Below, one piece after another: positions 38,183-52,779 of a DNA stretch of 64,000 nt. Origin of the DNA: Octopus vulgaris (taxonomy: Eukaryota). The stretch lies in NCBI GenBank assembly GCA_951406725.2, contig OX597838.1, positions 37,138,001 to 37,202,000 of the forward strand. Direction: 5' to 3'. The stretch's first letter is position 1. Each line of letters opens with the position of its first letter. A program made the translations under genes and the position numbers. Under the pieces are notes generated by a model. The model ran no database searches and was not told the origin of the DNA. It worked only from the letters and a program-made list of their open reading frames with translations.

Positions 38183-39296
38183 GACAACTGAATGCCTTTG
38201 TGGAGGCCTGCCTAAAGTTAGTGAGAAGATCAGGCAAAGACAGCTGTGATTATCTGGTCACTGTGCGTGCCACCCTGAACTGGAAAGCATCCAAAGTACT
38301 TGGGTGGTTGGGAGAGCAGTTGGGCAGCAGACATCAGGATCAGGAAGGCAGAAGCATGGACAGCCTGTCACAAGTCTGGAACTCCACATTGTCCAGGAAA
38401 ATCAAAACCAAGCTGTTCATTGCAATTGTCGAATCAATGCTTTTATATGGCAGCGAAACATGGACATTGACCAAAAAATTAACGAACAGGCTAAATGGAT
38501 GCTGCACAAGGATGCTACGAATGGCCCTAAATATGAAATGGCAGCAACTCATGACAAATGAATGCCTTTGTGGAGGCCTGCCTAAAGTTAGTGAGAAGAT
38601 CAGGCAAAGGCAGCTGTGATTATCTGGTCACTGTGTGTGCCACCCTGAACTGCAAAGCATCCAAAGTAGTCTTGTGGAACCCACATCATAGAGTAAGAAG
38701 AGCAAAACATTGTCACACTTACCATAGACAGCTTGATTGTGGACACTGGCCTAGAATGTTTCCAGAACCTTGAGGTAGTGATACTGGACTAAGGCAGCAA
38801 GCTGGCAGAAACGTTAGCATGCTGGGCAAAATGCTTAGCAGTATTTCGTCTGTCTTTACGTTCTGAGTTCAAATTCTGCCGAAGTCAATTTTGCCTTTCA
38901 TCCTTTTGAGGTTGATAAATTAAATACCAGTTGCACACTAAGGTCGATCTAATCGACTGGACTCCTCCCCAAAAATTTCAGGCCTCGTGCCTAGAGTAGC
39001 AAGCTGGCAGAAATGTTAGCACACCGGGTGAAATGCTTAGCGGCATTTTGTCTGACTTTACATTCTGAGTTCAAATTCTGCTGAGGTCGACTTTGCCTTT
39101 CATTCTTTTGGGGTTGATAAATTAATTACTAGTTGCATGCTAGGGTCGATCTAATCGACTAGACCCCTCCCCCAAAATTTTGGGCCTTGTGCCTAGAGTA
39201 GAAAAGGATATTGTTGGACTGAGTGGTGTTACAGGTGGACTTTGTTGCTGTAGCCGAGGCTGGACCATGACCATGTTAATAATAATAATAATAATA
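38183..39296 (+). mobile_element. RTE-like LINE 3' fragment with an internal duplication, interrupted by a family B dimer
   Basis: VWNSTLSRKIKTKLF..IVESMLLYGSETWTLTKKL..RLNGC.TRMLRMALN..W; ends in (TAA)n at ~39280. Confidence 0.85.
38792..39207 (+). mobile_element. Head-to-tail dimer of SINE family B (tail type 2)
   Basis: Two ~207-bp units, each ending CCT(C/T)GTGCCTAGAGTAG. Confidence 0.85.
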
Positions 39297-39734
39297 CATC
39301 ATGGAAAGTAGATAACTGACCAAGTCCAAGGGCTTGAGAGAAAAACAAAATATAGGCAGGAAAATAATTATCAGAAAATTTGCAAGGAACACAATTTCTT
39401 TAGACAAGTCTTTTAACTACATGTAGCGAAAAAGTCATTGTCCTGAGGCAGAGTGTTGTCACTAAGATTCTGTCCTAGGACACAATCTTAGAAGTTCTGA
39501 ATGGGACCTTATGTTGCTACCAAATTGCGAACAACATGTGACCTGCTTTGACCAATGGCAGCCCAGGATCCAGAAGCCCTCCTGGACCCCTCTTTATTCA
39601 TTTCTATGTAGCTGACAAGTTACGTTCATTGAATGAGTCTACAAAACCTTAAGTTGCATGGAATTAAACCAAAACGTTATTGAATAATATGTGTGTGTTT
39701 GTCCCCCCTACAACTTAAGAGTCTGATTAAAAAG

Positions 39735-40145
39735 GGCATGGCAGGGTGGTAAGAAGCCTGCTTCCCAACTGCATGGTTCTGGTTTCAATCCTACTATAGC
39801 CTCAGGCAAACCAAAACCTTGAGAATGAATATGATTCATGGAAACTGAAAGAAGTCCATTGTGTATGTGTGTGTGTGTGTGTGTGTTTACGTTTGTCCCC
39901 CACCTCACTGGTCGGTAGTCAATGTTGGTGTCCTTATGATGCACCCACTGACCTACCTACTAACCTACCCATTTCCTTCCATACCCAGCTTCCCACCTGT
40001 GTAACTTAGTGGTTCGGCAAAAGTTACCAACAGAATAAATATCAGGTTTTTAAAAAAAATATGCTGTGTGTGATTTGTTTAGCTAAAATTCTTTAAGGCA
40101 GTGCCCCAGTATGGACACAGTGTAATGACTGAAGCAAGTAAGAGA
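39735..40145 (+). mobile_element. Old SINE family A copy with a 61-bp foreign insert
   Basis: Degenerate family A; insert at 39938-39998. Confidence 0.65.
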
Positions 40146-40157
40146 TAAATATATATA

Positions 40158-40307
40158 GGCTCAGGCATGACTGTGTGGTAAGAAGATTGCTTCCCAACCA
40201 CATGGTTCTGGGTTCAGTCCCACCATGTGGCACCTTGGTTAAGTGCTGTCTACTTTAGCTTCAGGCTGACCAAAGCATTGTGAGTGGATTTGGCAAAGAA
40301 GCCCATC

Positions 40308-40363
<56 letters not shown>

Positions 40364-40581
40364 ATGTATGTGTGTCTGTATTCCCCCCCCCACCATCGCT
40401 TGACAACTGATGTTGGTGTGTTTATGTCACCATAACTTAGCAGTTCAGCAAAAAAGACTGATAGAGCAAGTGTCAGGCTTACAAAGAATAAGTCCTGAGG
40501 TCAAGTTCTTTGACAAAACCAATTTAAGGCAGTGCTCCAGCATGGCCGCAGTGAGGTAGCTGAAACAAGTAAAAGATAAAA
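40158..40581 (+). mobile_element. SINE family A
   Basis: Collinear with the family consensus. Confidence 0.85.
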
Positions 40582-41107
40582 AATATATATATACCATGGG
40601 ACTCTCTCTACCAAACCAAATTCAAACTATAAGGCCTGGCGCCATAGCAGAAGATACTTGGCCAGAGCATCACACAGTGGGACTGAACCTAAAATTATGT
40701 GGTCATAAAACAAGCTTGTTAACCACACAGCCAAAATCTTTTTTTGCCTTGCACAACTTTTAAAGAAATTGAAGCATTTTGTCAAAAGGTGAAGTTGTTC
40801 AGTTTTTAACCTTTAAAGTCTTTTTTTTTTATATTCCTAAAAGCCGATGCACCCACTGACCTACCTACTGACCTACCCATTTCCTTTCCTACCTGGCTTC
40901 CCACCTATCTACCCATCTATCAATGAATATAAGCTTAGCACTCACTGGCAATACTTTTTGAGCCTGGAACGTGCGTGCGTACATAGTCAACCACATACGC
41001 ATATACACGGTCAAACAAGCTCCATAATTACTCACATACATACATATTCAGATACCTGCATACATGCATATATATATATATACAAACCCACACATATATG
41101 TGTGTGT

Positions 41108-41143
<36 letters not shown>

Positions 41144-41160
41144 GTATCTGTGTGTATATA

Positions 41161-41563
41161 CTCTTTACTTGTTTCAGTCATTTGACTGTGGCCATGCTGG
41201 AGCGCCGCCTATAGTCGAGCAAATCGAACCGGGGACTTATTCTTTGTAAGCCCAGTACTTATTCTATCGGTCTCTTTTGCCGAACTGCTAAGTGACGGGG
41301 ACGTAAACACACCAGCATCGGTTATCAAGCAATGCTAGGGGGACAAACACAGACACACAAACATATACACATACATACATACATATATATACATATATAC
41401 GACAGGCTTCTTTCAGTTTCCATCTACCAAATCCACTCACAAAGCATTGGTCGGCCCAGGGCTATAGCAGAAGACACTTGCCCAAGATGCCACGCAGTGG
41501 GACTGAACCCGGAATCATGTTATTGGTTAGCAAGCTACTTACTACACAGCCACTCCTGTGCCT
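41161..41563 (-). mobile_element. SINE family A, full length
   Basis: Reverse complement of the family consensus. Confidence 0.9.
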
Positions 41564-42092
41564 ATATATATATGCATGTATATGCACGCATATACATAAA
41601 TGAATGTACTTGTATATATTTTTGTATATGTGTGCGCGTTTATATATGTTTACATATATGAGTATGTATATATATTTATGTGTATCTATATATGTATTTA
41701 TATATATGTATCTATGTATAAATATATATATACGTATATACAGGGTAACCTAAAAGTAGGGTCACAATTTTCACATAGGCACTTTAAATTTTTTAAAAAC
41801 ATTTTATTACATTTAAATTTCTATCTTACAATTAACTAAATTAGCATAGAATAATGGTTTCATATTTTTTTAACATCTAAACTCTTAATATATGAATTAT
41901 ATGCATATATATGTGTGCATATGTGTATATCTATCTATCTACCTATCTATCTCTCTCTCTCTATATATATATATATATGTAATTATCATCAGTGTATTTT
42001 TAGCGATTTAAATAAGAGTTTTTACTGTTATTTCCAGCAGGTAGACATACTTGGTATGTCCTTTGATTAATTTCATATGTGTGCGTGTGTGA

Positions 42093-42126
<34 letters not shown>

Positions 42127-42157
42127 TGTGTTCTACGTTTATTTGTGGTGTCCTGTA

Positions 42158-42188
<31 letters not shown>

Positions 42189-42313
42189 GCTTGTATATAT
42201 ACATGTAGATGTAAATATGTACATATATGTATGTATATATGCATATATTTTATTTATTTATTATATTATTATATGACCGAACGCACACGTCGTTTCTCTT
42301 CTCCAAGTAAGTT

Positions 42314-42355
<42 letters not shown>

Positions 42356-42658
42356 CATACATACATACATAGGCATGCATGCACGCATATCCACAAACAT
42401 GAATACACACCACACACATACAATATGTACACTCTCATATATCCTTTTACATGCACAAGCAAATAAGCTGAGGGAGAGAGAGAGAGAGGGAGAGAGAACC
42501 ACCACAGGGTTAGAGAGAAAGTAAAGGAGAAAGGATGAGACAGCATTGAAAAGATAGAAGAGAAAGGGAGAGAGAAAGGAGGAAAGAATTAGAGCTAGAG
42601 AGCCAGAGGTCAAGAACTGGTGGGGGTGGTCAGTCAAAGACTGGCAGACTGAGAGACT

Positions 42659-43163
<505 letters not shown>

Positions 43164-44035
43164 TGTTGATACATCTGAAACCATTATAGAGAGAAGCTGA
43201 AATCTTCGGTGTTAGACTTTTAGAGTTTTGTTGCATTCATCTGTGTCTCGTTGGCAAAAAAAAAAAGAAAAGAAATTTTTATTTTGTTTCTTTTCTTCAT
43301 TTTTGTTTTTCTCGCTTTTTGAAAAAATTATTTTTCTCACTTTAAAAAATTTTTTATTTTGTTTCTTCATTTTTTTTTTTTTTGCTTTTCTTTTCCTTAT
43401 TCTCCTTGATTTATCATCTCTTCCACCTGTATCTCTGTGAGGAATTAACAATTTCGATCTCATTCTCACCATTTTTTTTCGTAAAAACCAGCCCCACATC
43501 ACCCCACCCCACTCGTGCCCTATCCAGACCATACACACATTCATCCACCCAATCGACTATCCACATGATCACCAACCACCAATCCACCCTAAACAAACAA
43601 ACAAAATGCAAAACATACGAACATAAACCCCAAAACGGGCTCGTCTATATTTTCCCCAACAGCAACATCTTTATCGTCCTTAACATTAATTCCTATTATT
43701 TTGTATTTGGGTTTATGTTGTTTTTGCAGGAATTTTGAAGTTTTGTTTCAAACATTATTTTATTGCTGTTGCAATTCGTCCTTCCTTTCCTCTTCTTCAA
43801 GTTCATCATTATTGATGTTGCTGCTGTTGTTTTCATTGCTGTTGCACTTATTTGTTTTTGTTTTTTTTTGTTCTTCAATTGTTGTTGCTTTTTTTTGGGG
43901 ATTTTTTGCCATTATTTGATTTATTTGTATCTTGTAGCACCAAAGTTTCCAATTCTATGTATTTTTCATCCTTGTTATTTGTTGCTGTTCTCACCTCCTC
44001 TCCCCTCATCCTCTCTTCTCATCGATATTTTACTC

Positions 44036-44242
44036 TTTACTCTCTTTTACTCTTTTACTTGTTTCATCCATTTGACTGTGGCCATGCTGGAGCTCCGCCA
44101 TTAGTCGACCAAATCGACCCCAGGACTCATTCTTTGTTAGCTTAGTACATATTCTATCAGTCTCTTTTGCCGAACCACTAAGTTACGGGGACATAAACAT
44201 TGGTTGTCAAGCAATGTTGGGGGGACAAACACAAACACACGT

Positions 44243-44279
<37 letters not shown>

Positions 44280-44444
44280 TATATGTATATACATATCTAC
44301 GACAGGCTTCTTTCAGTTTCCGTCACCAAATCCACTCACAAGGCTTTGGTCGGCCGGAGGCTATAGTAGAAGACACTTGTCCAAGGTGCCACGCAGTGGG
44401 ACTGAACCTGGAACCATGTGGTCGGTAAACAAGCTACTTACCAC
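44036..44444 (-). mobile_element. SINE family A
   Basis: Reverse complement of the family consensus. Confidence 0.9.
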
Positions 44445-44659
44445 TTGATTTATCTATTTTCAATGATTAGTATCAAGGGAGGCTGTGGTTGGCCCTGGGT
44501 GGTCCCCCCCTATCCTCTTTCAGGTGAATTCTATTGTTTAAATTTTATTAATTTTTATTGTTTTTATTGTGCACAAGTATTTTCCTGTTAAGCCTCGTTT
44601 GTTCCTTGTTTTGTATTGTTTTGTATTGTGCTCAGCCCTTGTGGCCAATAAAGAAAATA

Positions 44660-45029
44660 TCATCACCATCATCATTATTAGCGTCATCATCATTAGCATC
44701 GTCCTCGTTATCGTTATTATTAGCATCATCATCATCATCATCATCGTCATCATCATCATTGTCATCATCATCATCATCAGCAGCAGCACCATCATCATCA
44801 TTATCATCATCAGCAGCAGCATCACCATCATCATTATCATCATCATCATTGTCATCACCATCATCATCATCATCATCAACATCATCATCATTATCATCAT
44901 CAGCAGCAGCACCATCATCATCATTATCATCATCATCATTGTCATCACCATCATCATCATCATCATCAACATCATCATCATTATCATCAGCAGCAGCAGC
45001 ATCACCATCATCATTAGCATTATTATTAG

Positions 45030-45074
<45 letters not shown>

Positions 45075-45300
45075 TAGCATCTTCATCATCATCAGCAGCA
45101 GCAGCACCACCACCATCATCATCAACATCATCATCATTATCACCATCATCATCATTAGTATTATTATTAGCATCATCATCATCACAATTAGCATCACCAT
45201 CATCATCATCACAATTAGCCTCATCATCATCATCATTATTATTAGCATCATCATCAGCATTATTATCATTATTATTATTATTATGATTATTATTATTATT
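44660..45300. repeat. Imperfect (ATC)n with (AGC) interruptions
   Basis: Read directly from the sequence. Confidence 0.95.
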
Positions 45301-45677
45301 ATTGTTATTATTTACTTATTTACTGAATTTAATTTAAATTATTTATTTACTGTTATTGTCGTTATTGTGGTTTCCTTCCTCATCCGGCACCCTGGTGGCA
45401 ACTAAGATTAATTATCATCATCATCATCATCATCACTATTATTTTCATTATCATTATTATTCATCCATTTATTTATTTATTTATTTATTTATTTATTTGA
45501 ATTTTATGGAATAAATCTTTCTGAAAGAGAAAAACAAGACAAACACAAAATATACAAACAAACACAAAAGTGAGAAAAAGAGAGACAGAGAGGTAGTAGA
45601 GGGTGAGAGAGAGAGAGAGAGATGATGAGGATGATGATAGTATCATCATCATCATCACCATCTACTGCTGCTACTAC

Positions 45678-45679
<2 letters not shown>

Positions 45680-45726
<47 letters not shown>

Positions 45727-45731
45727 TGGTG

Positions 45732-45792
<61 letters not shown>

Positions 45793-45809
45793 TAGTAGTA
45801 GTAGTAGTT

Positions 45810-45843
<34 letters not shown>

Positions 45844-45995
45844 TAGTAGTTGTAGTAGTGGTAGTGGTAGTAGTAGTAGTTGTAGTAGTAGCAGTTGTAG
45901 TAGTAGTAGTAGTGGTAGTAGTAGTAGTAGTAATAGTAGCAGTAGTAGTAGTAGTTGTAGTACTAGTGGTTGTAGTAGTAGTAGATGTAGTAGTG
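45680..45995. repeat. (AGT)n microsatellite
   Basis: Read directly from the sequence. Confidence 0.95.
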
Positions 45996-46517
45996 GTGAT
46001 GGAGGCGGAGGAATGTTAATTATTAGTGATGGAGGAATCAACAGTGACATGATGCCCTGGTGAGTGGAGGGGAGAGGGGGAAAGGTTCATGATGTCGTCA
46101 ACCATATTGTTTGCTGCTGCTGCTGTTGTTGTTGGTGTTGTTGTTGTTGTTGTTGTTGGTGGTGGTGCGGTAATGATATTCATGATGATGATGATGATGA
46201 TGATGACAATGTCAAAGGGGATTCATGTTGTCTATGTTAATGATGATGACAATGCTACTGATGATGATGATGATGATGTTCATGCTGCTGATGGTTGTGA
46301 TGGTGGTGGAACTGGTGGCAACAGGGATAAGGATCTCATGCGTTTTCGAGGGGTGGTGGGAGAAAGAAATTTTTTAAAAAAGTAATAAAAAAAAAACAGG
46401 AAAAAGGGATATAAAAGTTTTGGGGTTTTTTTTTGTATTATTATTATTATTATTTCTGGTATAGCAGAGTGTCACAACAGCAGAAACAAAATTGCATGTA
46501 TGCGCGCGCACGTGCGC

Positions 46518-46548
<31 letters not shown>

Positions 46549-46659
46549 GTGATGCAAATAAATACAATTAGGATTTATATACATAAATATAGAAATATAT
46601 AACTAAATATATTCAGGTGAGAAACACACAGGTACAAGCATATAGATATTCATGTGTGT

Positions 46660-46790
46660 GTGTGTGTGTGTGTGTCTACATGAGTGTGCTTGTGTATGTA
46701 TATATATGTATGCATATATGTATATATATATATATGTGTGTGTGTATGTGTATATATATATGTATACATATATATTTATATATATATATG

Positions 46791-46823
<33 letters not shown>

Positions 46824-46892
46824 GTATAAGCTATATATATATATGTGTGTGTGTATATATGTATATATATATGTATGTATATATATATATTT

Positions 46893-46977
<85 letters not shown>

Positions 46978-46980
46978 GTG

Positions 46981-47067
<87 letters not shown>

Positions 47068-47080
47068 ATTTATATATATG

Positions 47081-47115
<35 letters not shown>

Positions 47116-47122
47116 GTATGTG

Positions 47123-47162
<40 letters not shown>

Positions 47163-47265
47163 GTATATATATATATATTATATACATATGCATATATATA
47201 CATATGATATATATATCTATTTATATGTATATATGTATGTATATATATATGTGTGTGTATATATT

Positions 47266-47304
<39 letters not shown>

Positions 47305-47350
47305 TTATTTATGTATGTATATATATTTATACATTATATATGATATATAG
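46660..47350. repeat. (TA)n-dominated microsatellite
   Basis: Read directly from the sequence. Confidence 0.95.
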
Positions 47351-47608
47351 ACAAATAAATCTATACTTTAACATTCTTCAACTCTAAGATTAGGTATTTC
47401 CTTTGGAGTTATTATTATTTTTCTTCTTCTTCTTATTATTATTGTTGTTGGTGGTGCTGTTGTTCTTTCTTGGGGTGGCGGGTGGGTGGAATTGAAAAAC
47501 ATTCTTTATAATTCATGATAGCTTTAAAGTATGTTCAGATGGTTGTCAGCATATGTAAATATATATATGCATATACAGATATATACATACAAACACACAC
47601 ATACAAAC

Positions 47609-47671
<63 letters not shown>

Positions 47672-47702
47672 AATGTACATATATACATAGGTACACATGT
47701 CA

Positions 47703-47758
<56 letters not shown>

Positions 47759-48109
47759 ACAAATCTCTATATATCTTTAGATGCATCTACCTATATCTAT
47801 ATACACATCTATTTACATCTCTCATCATTTGTTGTTGTTTTTTTTTGTTTTTCCCAAACACAACTTTGTGTTGCCGTTTTCGTCAGCATCAAACTTTAAG
47901 ACTCTAAGACTTTTATCAATATTTGAAATCAGTTCACAGGAGATCCTGCTTGCCTTCCTTCCTTATAAATCTTTCACACATTTTTCTTATTATTGGCAAC
48001 AAAGTAAGCGGGTGTTTGTCAGGTGAGGAGACGTTACAAGGGCGGGTGGTGTTGTGTCGTGTTGGAATCGGGGTAGCGTTTTTTTTTTAGTTGGCATTGT
48101 TGAACAGAT

Positions 48110-48165
48110 TCATCACCATCATCATCATCATCATCATCATCATCACCATCATTATCATCATCATC

Positions 48166-48197
<32 letters not shown>

Positions 48198-48290
48198 CAC
48201 CATCATCATCACCATCATCATCTTCATCACCATCATTATCATCATCATTATCATCATCATCACATCATCATCATCATCATTATCATCATC

Positions 48291-48352
<62 letters not shown>

Positions 48353-48535
48353 CATTATCATCACCATCATCATCATCATCATCATCATCAACATCATCAT
48401 CATCATCATCATCATCATCGTCTACATCATCAACATCATCATCATCACCATCATCATCATTATCATCATCATCATCATCATCATTATCATCATCATCATC
48501 AACATCATCATCATCATCATCACCATCATCATCGG
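48110..48535. repeat. (ATC)n microsatellite
   Basis: Read directly from the sequence. Confidence 0.95.
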
Positions 48536-48844
48536 TATTGTCATTGTTCAAACACCTACTTTTCTATGTTCACTTGGGTCTGATGGAATTCGTTGGGAAG
48601 ATAGAATTTCCCTCTGGCTGGATGCTTTTCCTGTCACCAACCCTCGCTTGCTTCTAAATAAAGTAATATTTCCCCTTGATTGGACGTGTTTTCCTCAATG
48701 ACATACACCGCTTGTAGGACAGTGATGCTCGTTTACATCTTTCAGGCAATGTCAAAGAGATAATAACACACTCATACATAATTTGTTATTATACACATCA
48801 TCTATACATATATATATACACACACACACACATATATATACTAT

Positions 48845-49620
48845 ACTCTTTTACTTGTTTCAGTCATTTGACTGTGGCCATACTGTAGCATTATCTTTAG
48901 TCGAACAAATCAATCCCAAGACTTATTCTTTGTAAGCCTAGTACTTGTTCTATCATTCTCTTTTACTGAACTGCTAAGTTACGGGGATGTAAACACAGCA
49001 ACATCAGTTATCAAGTAATGATGGGGTGACAAACATAGATACACAAATACACACACAGACATATGTGTATATATGTATATATATATGTATCATCATCATC
49101 ATCATCATCGTTTAACGTCTGTTTTCCATGCTAGTATGGGTTGGACGGTTCAACTGGGGTCTGGGAAGCCAGAAGGCTGCGCCAGGCCCAGTCTGATCTG
49201 GCAGTGTTTCTACAGCTGGATGCCCTTCCTAACGCCGACCACTCCAAGAGTGAAATGTATATATATATATATATATATATATTTATTTGTCTGTATATCA
49301 TGTATAATATATAAATATATATACATACATATATATATATATAATAATAATAATAATATTAGGGAGTAAATCCAAACTTATTTTGTATATTATATTACTT
49401 AATTTTATTTCTATGTTTTGGTTTATGTTGTTCACTGTTTGATTTGCCTAATAGTGGTTTTATCTCCAATTCAATATATATATATCTATATATATATATT
49501 TATGAATGTATATATATATGATGGGTTTCTTTCAGTTTCTGTCTACCAAATCCATTCACAAGGTTTCAGTTGGCCCAAGGCTATTGTAGATGACACTTGC
49601 CCAAGGTGCCACACAGTGGT
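48845..49620 (-). mobile_element. SINE family A split by nested insertions (family C fragment 49090-49252 and another repeat)
   Basis: A tail at 48845-49050 and A head part at 49519-49620. Confidence 0.7.
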
Positions 49621-49634
49621 ATTAGTACAAAATA

Positions 49635-49845
49635 ACGCTTTCTACTAAGGGCACAAGGCTTGAAATTTTGTGAGAGTGGGGTAGTCAATTACATCGACGC
49701 CAGTGTATCACTGGTATTTCATTTATCAACCTCAAAAAGATGAAAAGCAAAGTCAACCTTGACAGAATTTGATCTCAGAACTTGAAAGATGGACAAAATA
49801 CTGCAAAGCATTTCGCCCAGCATGCCAATGATTCTGCCAGCTTAC
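49635..49845 (-). mobile_element. SINE family B (tail type 2)
   Basis: Reverse complement, diverged. Confidence 0.75.
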
Positions 49846-49881
49846 CAACTTATGATCAATTCCAAATAATATGAATCGATA

Positions 49882-50052
49882 GGCGCAGGAATGGCTGTGT
49901 GGTAAGTAGCTTGCTTACCTACCACATGGTTCCGGGTTCAGTCCCACTGCGTGGCATCTTGGGCAAGTGTCTTCTGCTATAGCCCCGGGCCGACCAATGC
50001 CTTGTGAGTGGATTTGGTTGATGGAAACTGAAAGAAGCCTGTCGTATATATG

Positions 50053-50083
<31 letters not shown>

Positions 50084-50300
50084 ATGTGTTTGTGAGTCTG
50101 TGATTGTCCCCTAGCATTGTTTGACAACCGATGCTTGTGTGTTTACGTCCCCGTCACTTAGCGGTTCGGCAAAAAAGACCGATAGAATAAGTACTGGGCT
50201 TACAAAAGAATAAGTCCCGGGGTCGATTTGCTCGACTAAAAGGCGGTGCCTCAGCATGGCCGCAGTCAAATGACTGAAACAAGTAAAAGAGTAAAAAGAG
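49882..50300 (+). mobile_element. SINE family A, full length
   Basis: Collinear with 2021-2445. Confidence 0.9.
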
Positions 50301-50651
50301 AGAGATAAAGAATTGCATTTGACAAAATAATCCGGATGCCAAAGGGTTAAATTGTAGTTTTAGAATTATATTTTTACAAATCTGCAATGGAGGTAGGATA
50401 ATCCCTTTCAACAAGATTACTCACAAAGGACAGCTGCACAAATGAAGAGAAAATTCAGAAGGAAAACAACACAAGTCTGAGGTTGGAAATAAATAAACTA
50501 ATCTGAGTTTCATTTTCATGTTTTATCTGTTACGCAATAAGAATTATCTAATTATAAGATTTATATTCTTAAATCACTATATTTAATCTCTTAAAATTGC
50601 TTACACAAATATATTACATGATTTACATTATTTACATTATTTACATTTGAT

Positions 50652-50950
50652 GGATATGGCGTAGTGGTTAAGAGCACAGGCTACTAACCCCAAGAATTCG
50701 AGTTTGATTCCAGGCAGTGACCTGAATAATAATAATAATGATAATAATAATAATAATAATAATGATAATAATACAAGACAGTAACCATAAGAGCATCACA
50801 GCAAACCACAGCACATACCCAAGGCACACATACCCAAGGCTGCGCTCGGTAGTGAAGTGAAAGCATGCTATAAGAATAAAACTACTGAATAATAATAATA
50901 ATAATAACATCGAAAAATACCATAGGAATGAGAACCCAGGTTCAAAAATT
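50652..50950 (+). mobile_element. tRNA-headed element with an internal (TAA)n
   Basis: A box TGGCGTAGTGG, B-box-like GAGTTTGATTCC, then (TAA)n interrupted by a ~115-bp segment. Confidence 0.6.
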
Positions 50951-51189
50951 GTGTATGTGTGTGTGTGTGTGTGGTTGATTTCTTCTTGTCTGTATGTATT
51001 TGGTTTCTGTGGACAAAATAACAGCCCTGCCATGAAATATAGAGTAAAAATAATTACAATAATTTGCTCTTTCAGAAGTATTTAACTGGGAGCTGTTGTC
51101 ATGATACTGCTATGATAGTCCATTATGGTACATCAAGAACCACTTACCTAGAAGCTCCTTCATTAGCTTCTTGATGGGTGTTTGATTGT

Positions 51190-51520
51190 GTGTGGAATGT
51201 AAGAACCAGTGCACAGGTATTTGTATGTCATTTAGCAGGGAAAGAGATTTTGTTAAAACCAAATCCTCCTTTAATACCCAGAAGTGAAATGATACATCCT
51301 TAACTTAGTATATATGGTCACTGGGAAAAAGGCTGCATGGGATTACAGCATCAAGTGGAGAGTACTGAAGAGGTGCGAGCTTTATTTTAATAGCAGTCAG
51401 GGGTGCAGGTTATGCATAGTAGAGAAAAGAACTGTATGAAATAACTTTCATCACCAAGACATTGACCTCAACTGTAAAAGCGAAATATATTCTGAGCATC
51501 CCATATGAAAGGAAATATGT
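51190..51520 (+). pseudogene. Second, heavily decayed Penelope-like GIY-YIG relic
   Basis: KSSFNTQK*NDTSLT*YIWSL / DYSIKWRVLKRCELYFNSSQGCRLCIVEK...LNCKSEIYS. Confidence 0.65.
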
Positions 51521-52097
51521 GTATGGTTGTTGGTGGATCACATCATGATTATAAAGTGTGAAACTGCTAGAATATGAAACTACTAGAGTTTGAAACTGCA
51601 ACCCCAGTGGTCCATTGCTTATCTATTTATTGGATACTCACCCTCCTCCACCCAAACTTAATGTACATCAGCAAAATGAGTTTATTATATATAAATGTAT
51701 TTAGAACAGGAGGAGGTTAAATGAGATTTGATGGAGTTTAGGTAGAGGCTGGGCTGTTGTCATATGTATTCAGCTAAACTGGAGCCAAGGAACATTCCAG
51801 AAAGACTTCTGGAAGCGCAATTATATATTATCCAATTTTAGAAAATGTTATCCTTCAATAATTTAGGGACGAATGTGTGTGCATGCGTGTGTATGTGTGT
51901 GTTTGTGTGTGTGTGCACTTACAATGAAGGGTAGGGGGTTCATTCCTTCTATCAGATTGCTTCTGAGCAAGAATAAAAGAGTTTTTAAATGTAAACCTAA
52001 TGCAGTTAGCAGGACTTAATGGCCCTTTTGAATCTGATTGTTTAGGACCGGTTAAAACATACGTGTACGTTCATATGATTGTATATATATACACACA

Positions 52098-52142
<45 letters not shown>

Positions 52143-52779
52143 GTGCATCTGTGTATGTATATATACATGCACACATACATATGCATATACATACACATAC
52201 ATGTGCATGGGCACATGTACACATATAAACAAATACATATATACATACATACATACATACATACATACATACATACATTTATCTTTCAAAACACCGATCA
52301 CTACAGTGCTTAGCATGAATCAGCCTGCTGTCACCATAGCAATAAAATTTCAAGCAGAAACGCAATGTCCTTCGCTACAGGATCATAACCAATTATTTTT
52401 AGCGTAATTACCAAACTTCCTCAAAGACTTCATCAAAATGACTCTCAGAAATGGCTTGGCCTTCTATCTTCATCTCTCACATCGGCCTGTCTCCATTTAT
52501 TCCAACGTGTTTTTTTTTTTTGTTCCTTTTCCTCTCTATTTTTTTCATATTTATATCTTAGGTATACACACACACTTATATGTATATATGTATATATATA
52601 TATATATATTTTGTGTCACATCTTGGTTGTTGAGTTCTTATTATTCTTACTTTTTTTCTTTCTTTTCTTAGGTTTTCATCTTCTTGTTATCTGTTCAGCT
52701 TCTTCTTCACGTTGCTGTCCTTTTCCTGCTTCCATTCATAATTTTTGATCGCTTTTTCCTTTCTATGTTCATAATTTCG

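Noticed and set aside
38771-38790. TGAGGTAGT, identical to the let-7 5' end
   Set aside because: Only 9 nt match, the site lies within an RTE relic, and there is no hairpin.
41739-41800. TA-CAGGGT Tc1/mariner-like terminus; also CAGTG-type hAT-like ends near 53850 and 59881
   Set aside because: No matching second terminus or TSD could be established.
51076-51216. AG...GT-bounded 141-nt exon candidate
   Set aside because: It has stops in all frames and overlaps the Penelope-like relic.
51955-51980. Reverse complement resembles miR-315
   Set aside because: Mismatches and indels fall in the seed, and no precursor stem is evident.
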